Shown in pieces: positions 58,195-64,000 of a stretch of DNA of 64,000 bases. Source of the DNA: Lama guanicoe (taxonomy: Eukaryota); contig MU053934.1 of assembly GCA_013239625.1 (NCBI GenBank), positions 3,428,399 through 3,492,398 of the forward strand, in the 5' to 3' direction. The notes below the pieces were generated by a model that saw nothing but the letters and a program-made list of their open reading frames with translations, did no database searches and had not been told where the DNA came from. The translations under genes and the position numbers were made by a program. Position 1 is the first letter of the stretch, and each line of letters opens with the position of its first letter.

Positions 58195-60014
58195 GCCCCG
58201 AGAACCAGGCCGGGCCCCAGCCTCGGCTGCAAGGGCCAGGCCTGTCTCAGCTTGGCTGTTCTGTCACCCAGCCTGCACCCAGGTGATGACGCCACAGCCC
58301 AAGCTTGGGAGGCCAGCACCTCTCCAGCCTGGGGCTTGGACTCCAGAAGGCACAGACAGCCGAGAGCTGGCCTCCCCCAGGAGGAGCCTCCAGGGCCAAG
58401 TTTGGGGCATCTTCCCAAATGTGTACCCCCCAGACCTTCGTCAGATTTGTGAAACTGAGTACGCTTGTGGTTGGTTTGTCCCTGGCCCTGATGCCGTGTG
58501 CCAAGGGCAGGCTTCTGGGGGGTGGAAACTACCGGGGGCATGGGTCACCCTCACTCTCCAGCAGTTCTCCCTGTGGGTACGAGAAGGTAGTGCTAGGTCT
58601 GGGCCCCCGACCCAGGGGGGAAGACCAGAGTCACCCCTGGTAAAATCCAGAGTCTACCTGCTGCTCTGGAAAGTGGGCAGGTGGGTGAGCAGAGCCAGGC
58701 TGTGCCTTTTACCAGCTGAGACTTAGGGCTGGGCCCTTCTCATTGGCTTTATTGGCCTCCTCAGAAATATGTCTCGACTCGTCTGCAAGTCTGGCTTTTT
58801 CAGAGCCCATCAGGAGGCCAGCTGGCATGAGGGCTGCCACTTCTGCACACTTCTCCCAGGTGAACCTTCAGGTGTGGTTTCAGAGCCGTTGAAAACCAGC
58901 CTTGTTGCTTCTTTGTCCAGCTTGTGAGTGACTCACCTCTTCCACACCCTGCTGTTCTCCTGACCGAGCAGGGCTATCGGCAGACTCCAGGCCCACCTGT
59001 GACAGGTGGACGTGGTGGCAGTGTGGACCCCCGGAGCGCCTGTTCTGGAGGTTGTCAGGCCCTGCTTGTGCTGACTGACTCCTGTGATTCTGGGCCAGAG
59101 CACAGGAATTTCGGGTTGAGCCCTGGTTAGGGGAGCCATGTCAGGCCCTGATGCTGGGACTGCAAAGGGGAGAAGGATGAGCTCTCTGCCCCGGTGAAGC
59201 TCACGGACCAGTGAGTGTGTGTGAGGGGAACACTGGTACCGGTTCTGCCTAGCCCTCAGGCGTTGGAGGCTCCTGGAGGAGAGGGAGCAGGGACCTGGGA
59301 TCTGCAGGGCAGGCCTTCTCCTCCATGGAGGGCCTGCCAGGAGCAGCCCTGGCCCCCACACTGGGCAGGCGCTCTCCTCAGTCACCAACAAAACCCTCTG
59401 TCTGGTGCTGTCCGGTGGCTGATGCAGGCCTGAGGGCCATACCTGGCTGTGGGAACACGAAGCTCAGAGCTTGTGGCTGGGACGCCCTGTGACCTGGCTT
59501 CTCCATTCCTTCCACCTATTCTTCCTGCTGCCTTTCTGTTGTCCTCTCCGTGCTTAGGGTGGGGTGCTTTGCCCTGCTTGGTTGCCTCCATCCAGGGTAG
59601 AGGTCGGGGCCTGTTACTGGGCTGTCCAGGTGGTGCTGGTACTCAGCCCAGGGCGGTGAGTCTCAGCCGTGACAGGCCCCTGTGAGGAGGAGCAGAGCTG
59701 GGCCTGGGGGGTCTGCGCGCACAGGGGTTTGAGTCCTGGCTCTGCTGCTGGCCCACTCTGAGCTCCTCACTGCTGACCTCACTGGGGCTGTTTCCCCATG
59801 TGTAAGGAGACATAAGACACCTACCTCTCAGGCCTGCCCTGAGACCGAAGTGAGACCATGTTCATGAAGCTGTGGCTCCTGGCATTCCCGGGGTGCACTT
59901 CGGCATGTGCGCGGCTGCTGCTGACCACTGAGACGTCTGACCTGGCTCTGTCCTCCATCCCCAGTAACATGGGATCTTTTACAATTTACATCTACGTTTG
60001 TAATATTTACTAGT

Positions 60015-60020
60015 ATTAAA
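60015..60020 (+). terminator. Candidate NOL12 polyadenylation signal (ATTAAA)
   Basis: ATTAAA with upstream TGTA/T-rich sequence and downstream TGTGTG; I saw no AATAAA between the stop and here. Confidence 0.5.
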
Positions 60021-60224
60021 TTCTCATCTGCCCTCTCCCATGTGTGCCCTCGGGTCTTCCAGCAGGCCAAGGAAATTGAATTATGGTGATTTTTTGCCAA
60101 TTCTAGGATCGAGGGTAGTGGACTCAGAACGCTCTGGAGAACTTGTCTTTTCTCTCCATATTTGACCTGGATTCTTCTGTTGCTCCCCATCCTGCAGGCT
60201 CTTGGGGTTGGGGCCTCTAGGAGT

Positions 60225-60990
60225 TTAATCAGGAAAGATTAGGTTTAGCTACATATAAAACAAGATTTAAAAATAACTGGCTTAATTTGCAGCAACATGG
60301 ATGGACCTGGAGATTGTCATACTAAGTGAAGTAAGCCAGAAAGAGTAAGAAAAATACCATATGCTATCACTTATATGTGGAATCTAAAAAAATGACACGA
60401 ATGAACTTATTTAAAAAACAGAAACAGACTCACAGACAAAAAACAAAATTTATGGTTACTAAGGGGGAACTAGGGTTGGAGGGTGGAGGGATAAATTGGG
60501 AATTTGGAATTTGCAGATACTAATATCTTGTATATAATGAAAAGGAATATATATATATAACTGAATCACTATGCTGTACACCAGAAATTAACACGACATG
60601 GTAAACTGTGTATACTTCAATTAAAATTATATATATATATAATATAAAATATATATATATGGCTTATATAAGAGCAGAGTTCTCAGTTTAACAGAAAATG
60701 CTAGCCCAGAGCTGGGAAAGCTGAGGAGCTGAGATGGCAGGCTTTTTGGTTTTTGTTTTGTGCCATTTTCAACACAGGTTCCACCTTGTGGTCCAAGATG
60801 GCTGCTAGAGCTTCAGCCATCGTATCTGCCTCCCAGCTGCTGGAAGGGGGAAGGGATGAAGACCACGGCACATTGAGGTGGCCCCCCATCCCACCCTGGC
60901 TGCCCCATTGGCCAGGACATTGTTTTAGCTGAGTTCTACTCATTGTCTCTCAGTTGTAGCTGGGATATAAGCCGAGAGTGGCCTCTGGTT
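60225..60990 (-). mobile_element. MLT1 (MaLR) LTR remnant hosting the L1 insertion
   Basis: AATAACTGGCTTA/TATAAGAGCAGAGTT split by the L1; GTCCAAGATGGCTGCTAGAGCTTCAGCCATC downstream. Confidence 0.55.
60285..60659 (+). mobile_element. 5'-truncated L1 3' end (cetartiodactyl type) with (AT)n tail
   Basis: ATTTGCAGCAACATGGATGGACCTGGAGATTGTCATACTAAGTGAAGTAAGCCAG...ACTGAATCACTATGCTGTACACCAGAAA; flanked by TGGCTTA at 60278-60284 and 60660-60666. Confidence 0.9.
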
Positions 60991-63499
60991 GGGTACACAA
61001 CTCCAGGGAAGGATCCAGAAGGTAGATATGCCCAAGCCCTGGGTCTTTCCGCAAAGAAAGAAGTCACACCTCAGATACATTAACATCGTCAGACTAGCTG
61101 AACAAGCCAAAGGATGTGGTAGGCAGAGGTCCAGGACCTTACATCCAGGGGGCGCCACTCACATGGTCCACAATGTAAATTGCACCCCAGGAGCAGTGGG
61201 GGTCTTGCACTGGATCCCAGCCGAGTGAGCCCTCATTTAAGGCTGGGGAAGCGATGGAGGGCTTCCTGGAGGGGGTGGCATTTAAGCCATGACTAAAGGA
61301 ATGAAAATCTATCTTGATTTACCACTTCAGAGACACTGCTTCGAAGAGAAAGCCTGAAAATTAGTTTGGTTTGAAACATGTAGTGTTTAAAAACAATTTG
61401 ACTTGGCCACACTTAAAATTTTTGAGGTTTCTTATAAAAGTTGAGATTTCCAATTTCTCCGGTTAAAAACAATCCTGGCCGCTTTGGATCACCACTTCAC
61501 ATGGTAGCCATAGGCCAGCCCTCATGATCCCTTTAGAGACTTGTGCCTTCCTGACCCTGCTCCCTTCCTGGGTCACAGCCCCCTGCATCTCTATCTTGCC
61601 TGCCCGGACCACGTGATTCTCCAACAGGCCTGTGGGCTGGGAGGACTGGGATGACCGTTCCCGTCTGACCGGTGAGGAAGCTGAGGCTCAGGCAGGTAGA
61701 GGGAGAGCAGAACTGTCACTTACTGTTCTGCTTCCCTGGATCTCTGAAGAGATGTGTCTGGGCCAAGGGCAGCAGCATGAGCAAAGGAGGGGAGGTGAGC
61801 AGGCACAGACTCTCCAGGGAGCAGAAAGGGGAATGGGAAGCTGGAGCTAAATGGTGACAAGTGGTGACACTACCCTGGCTGCCACCATTACACCCTGAGC
61901 CCTGAGCCACCCTACAAAACTCAGTGTTGCTAGACCAGGCTTTGTCATCAAGGAACTGAGTGGCTTTGGTCAACTTGCTTGAACCTTGAGTTTCCTGTCT
62001 ATATAATGGGTTGTAGCTGCCCTTCCCATCACAGGGACAGTGTGGGGAGAAACCCACTGATGTGTACGTGAGGATGGCAGCTTTGCCCTCTTGGGAAAAG
62101 GAGGAGCTGTCATTACCTAGATTACTAAGAACCCCTCTTCTGGCCTCAATCACAATCACCTACCACTGTCCCCCACAGGAGGGGGCTTCCTCCAACTGTC
62201 CCCTTCACTCCTCTCAACACACCCTTGGGCTCCCAGGCCCCCTCCCCCCACCTCCTTCCAACCATGTCTCTCCCTTTCAGAACCCTGGCTGCTGCCCAAC
62301 CTCCCACCAACCATTTCCCCTGCCCTGGAGGAGGGGAACCAGGCAGTTTCAGAGCTTAGGGAGAGCACTCAGGACAGCTCACCAACCCCACTCACTGGCC
62401 CTCCCCCTCATTCTCTCATTCTTTCCACTCCAGCCACAGTGTCTGCTTCTGTCCCTGCAACCTGAAGCAGCCTGAATCCCTCTTTCCCAGGACCTGCAGG
62501 CTCACTGCCTCATCTTCTCTAGGTCTTTGCTCAAAGGTAGCCATCTCAGTGAGGCTTTCCCTGACCACCTTATTTTAAAAGTAATGCCCTTTCCACAGCA
62601 GCCACTTCCAATCCCCTCCCTGCTTCATTTTTCTCCTGAGCACCTATCACCAGCCAACGTACTCCATATATTGCTGACTTATCTTGTTTGGGATCTGTTT
62701 GCACTAAAATGTAAGTACCACAAAGTACACAAAACAGTAGAATCACTCTCCATGAGTATTGAATGAATTAAATTGTCGAGAGTGCCACCCTGAGATGGCT
62801 CCAGATTTTACTGATTGCTGGGGGCTAGAGGGCTGGGGCCATACCCTCACCTTCAAAGTCAAACCAGGTAGCCAATTCACCCTTGGCTCAGAGAGGTCAA
62901 GTAACTTGCAGGATTACACAGCCACGAAGTGCTAGAGCCAGATATTGCACATGAGTCTCACTACTTCGTTTTGCTTACAATACACACCAGGGTTTTAGTC
63001 TTGGCTCTGCCACTAACTGTGTGACACTGGTGAGTTAGTTAATTCTGATCCTAGTTGCTGTGAAATGAGGATCTTGGTACTTAATCTTTCAGGTTACTAT
63101 GTCCTCTTACATGTAAAGATTTTGGAATAGGAGTTGGCAAATTATGCAGAATAAATGTTAGCTTAAAAAAAGAAGGCAATTCTTCTTTTCTTTTCCTGTT
63201 TTTTTTTAAGGATGAACTGTACATTTTGTGAGTGAGCGCTACATCAGTGGAAGGGTACAAATGGTTGAAAACCCCTGAGCATTTAATTTCATCCTCACAG
63301 GTACTATTACTACCCCTATTTTACAGATAAGAAAACTGAGGCACAGAGAAGTTAAGTCTCCAGCCCGAGGTCTGGACTAAAGCCAGCCCGGGGGACTGTG
63401 GTGGGAATAAACCAAAGGGAAAGAGATTAGGAAGCCAGACCCGCCAGTGCCAGGCCTCTCAAGAGCCCCCTGGGAACCCTGACACTGCTGCTCAAGCTA

Positions 63500-63749
63500 A
63501 ACGTGCAGCGGGTCCCGCACTCGGAGGCATCTGGGCGCCGCCCGCCTTCGCCCCGCCCCTTGCTCTCGGGTTGTCCAATCCCACAGTTTTCATGTAAATA
63601 AAGCACCTAGAGAGAGCCTATGCGAGAGTGGCAGGGGCGTGGTCGTCGTCCACCTCCCGGGCAACGTTCTGATTCATTGTTAAAATAAAGAGGCTGTGAC
63701 CCCTGGCACCCCACCACGTCACCCCCTGTGCGTGGAAACCCGAGCCGAG
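63500..63749 (+). promoter_or_regulatory. Probable promoter / non-coding first exon of the next gene (TRIOBP by synteny)
   Basis: Local CpG cluster, GC boxes (CCGCCC, CCCCGCCCC), CCAAT near 63575 and donor-like GAG/GTTAGT at 63749/63750. Identity is inferred only from conserved gene order. Confidence 0.45.
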
Positions 63750-64000
63750 GTTAGTACAGCGGGCAGAAAGGTTGGAAGGGAGGAGAGGCTAGTGGAGAAA
63801 GGTAGAGGGATAAGAGACACGGGGAGGGACTGGTTGACTGGCTGGATGGAAAGAGGTCCAGGGGTCCATTCTCCGGGTGGGGCATGCATGTCCGCTGAAG
63901 GTTTTTTGTTGTTATATCCACACCTAAAGTGCATTTTAGAGAAGGATTCTGCCAATTGGTTGGGGGTGGGGAGGAGGAAGCGGGAGCGGTGAGGGGCACG

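Noticed and set aside
63653..63666. RFX X-box in the putative TRIOBP promoter
   Set aside because: Only the GGCAAC half-site matches.

Overview
Mammalian genomic DNA, probably camelid, judged from two tRNA-Ala-derived SINEs of camelid type and a cetartiodactyl-type L1 3' end. It carries the conserved block known from human 22q13.1, all on the + strand: the last 13 coding exons of GGA1, complete SH3BP1 (18 coding exons), PDXP/chronophin (2), LGALS1/galectin-1 (4) and NOL12 (6), plus a probable TRIOBP promoter at the right end. I spliced every gene by hand; all introns are GT-AG and in phase. The rest is introns, CpG islands and old repeats (MIR, L1, MLT1, a MER21-like ERV, MER5A, MER63). I found no convincing wholly new gene system. 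The best leads are: (1) SH3BP1 exon 17 is in phase with PDXP exon 2, allowing a BARGIN-type read-through; (2) SH3BP1 exon 1 has a second open frame that rejoins the protein if exon 2 is skipped; (3) a six-unit ~53-bp degenerate CCAAT-bearing repeat lies in the PDXP 3' UTR; (4) the 369-N gap in the last SH3BP1 exon is probably a 20-bp overlap; (5) NOL12 intron 3 has a candidate stop-plus-polyA cassette. Gene and repeat family names come from recognition, not database searches.
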